Of a DNA stretch of 64,000 bases, positions 63,053 through 64,000 are shown piece after piece. The notes below the pieces were generated by a model. The model was not told the DNA's origin and ran no database searches. It saw only the letters and a program-made list of their open reading frames with translations. Both the position numbers and the translations under genes were made by a program. Every line of letters starts with the position of its first letter. Position 1 is the first letter of the stretch. Source of the stretch: Octopus bimaculoides (lineage: Eukaryota); assembly GCF_001194135.2 (NCBI RefSeq), contig NC_068983.1:72352020-72416019 (forward strand). Reading direction: 5' to 3'.

Positions 63053-64000
63053 CTAGCTGAATGACCCGGCATTGCCCGGGTTATTGCTGTTCTTATTCAG
63101 ATTAGTAAACAATAAATATAAAGATATATTCTCATAATTATTTCAAGATATCTATATTTTATTAAAAAGTATCCAAATTGTAATGATAATAGAACTTAGA
63201 ATGGAAAATCTGTCAATGTTAAAGAACCTCAGGGTAAACAATATTCATTGTGTAATTTTTTGTTGGTGTTAAAATGAATAAATCGTTGCTGCTTCCAACT
63301 CACAAGTAAGCACCACAGAGTTGGCCACGGGAGAAGCCTGTAGTAAAGAGTTCAAGTGTAACCACCTTGAGGGATTGACCCTGAGTTTTGTTAATTGAAA
63401 TACCAAAATTTAGTTTCACTGGAAACAGAAGTGTCTTAAATTCAAATGGAATATCTAGGTATGAGAGGACTTTTTGAAATAGACATTTTCTCCTTTGTGA
63501 CTACCTGTTATGATTTTTGCCAAGTAGGACATGGGGCTTCATGGACGTAACAATTGAGTTCTGTTACACACGTGAGATGGATCAAGATTCCTAAGAAACA
63601 TAATAGGAGCACCCAGCTTTAGTGTCAAGTTATGTGATGGCATCCTAGTGTGTTCAGAAATTCAACAGAGCATTGAACTGCCTAATCTTGATCAATTGTT
63701 GTCAATTGATTGAAAAGTCATTTTTGATGTATCTGTTAACTTTTGAAGAAGTTCATGATTGAGTTTATCAACCATTTCATTAGTTGGAGCTAGTATAACT
63801 CATTCACATAGCCAGTTTACATCAGTGTAATTGATAGATAAATTAGAAAATACTTTATCCATAAGATCCCTAAGAGAAGGTATCATTTGACTACATATAA
63901 TTCCATGTAGCTGAAGTCTCGAGTTGAAAGTTAATATCCTATTACCAACCTTAAGAAGCTCATATGATCACCTTGTAGAAGTACTCTAGCATTGCTTGTT
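63053..64000 (-). mobile_element. Helitron 3' end with PIF1-type helicase remnant (continues beyond the window)
   Basis: Minus strand: hairpin CCCGG-gcaatg-CCGGG, then CTAG|T. Helicase remnant 63219-64000: VILAPTNEMVDKLN, GMPSHNLTLKLGAPIMFLRNLDP, FPVKLNFGISINKTQGQSL, FSRGQL, NIVYPEVL*. Confidence 0.93.

Overview
AT-rich eukaryotic genomic DNA from a draft assembly, with five N-gaps. The mix of microsatellites, tRNA-derived SINEs, RTE tails and R4/Dong fragments looks like an Octopus (coleoid cephalopod) genome; this is inferred from repeat content and not verified. There is no long intact ORF, rRNA, functional tRNA or CRISPR array. Most recognisable sequence is decayed transposon: Penelope-like GIY-YIG pieces with degenerate hammerhead-ribozyme motifs, a probable solo LTR, a hAT (SPIN/GTF2IRD2-like) transposase remnant, five R4/Dong-like non-LTR fragments, RTE LINEs (one with a clear 5' inversion), two abutting Tc1 elements, a mariner, a pogo remnant, piggyBac-like MITEs and a Helitron 3' end running off the right edge. 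Short AG..GT-bounded segments on the + strand join in compatible phases into a protein-like peptide. The whole window may therefore be the intron-rich body of one unidentified gene with very small exons (moderate to low confidence). One strongly bounded candidate exon carries an in-frame TAA where a similar neighbouring candidate exon has TGG.
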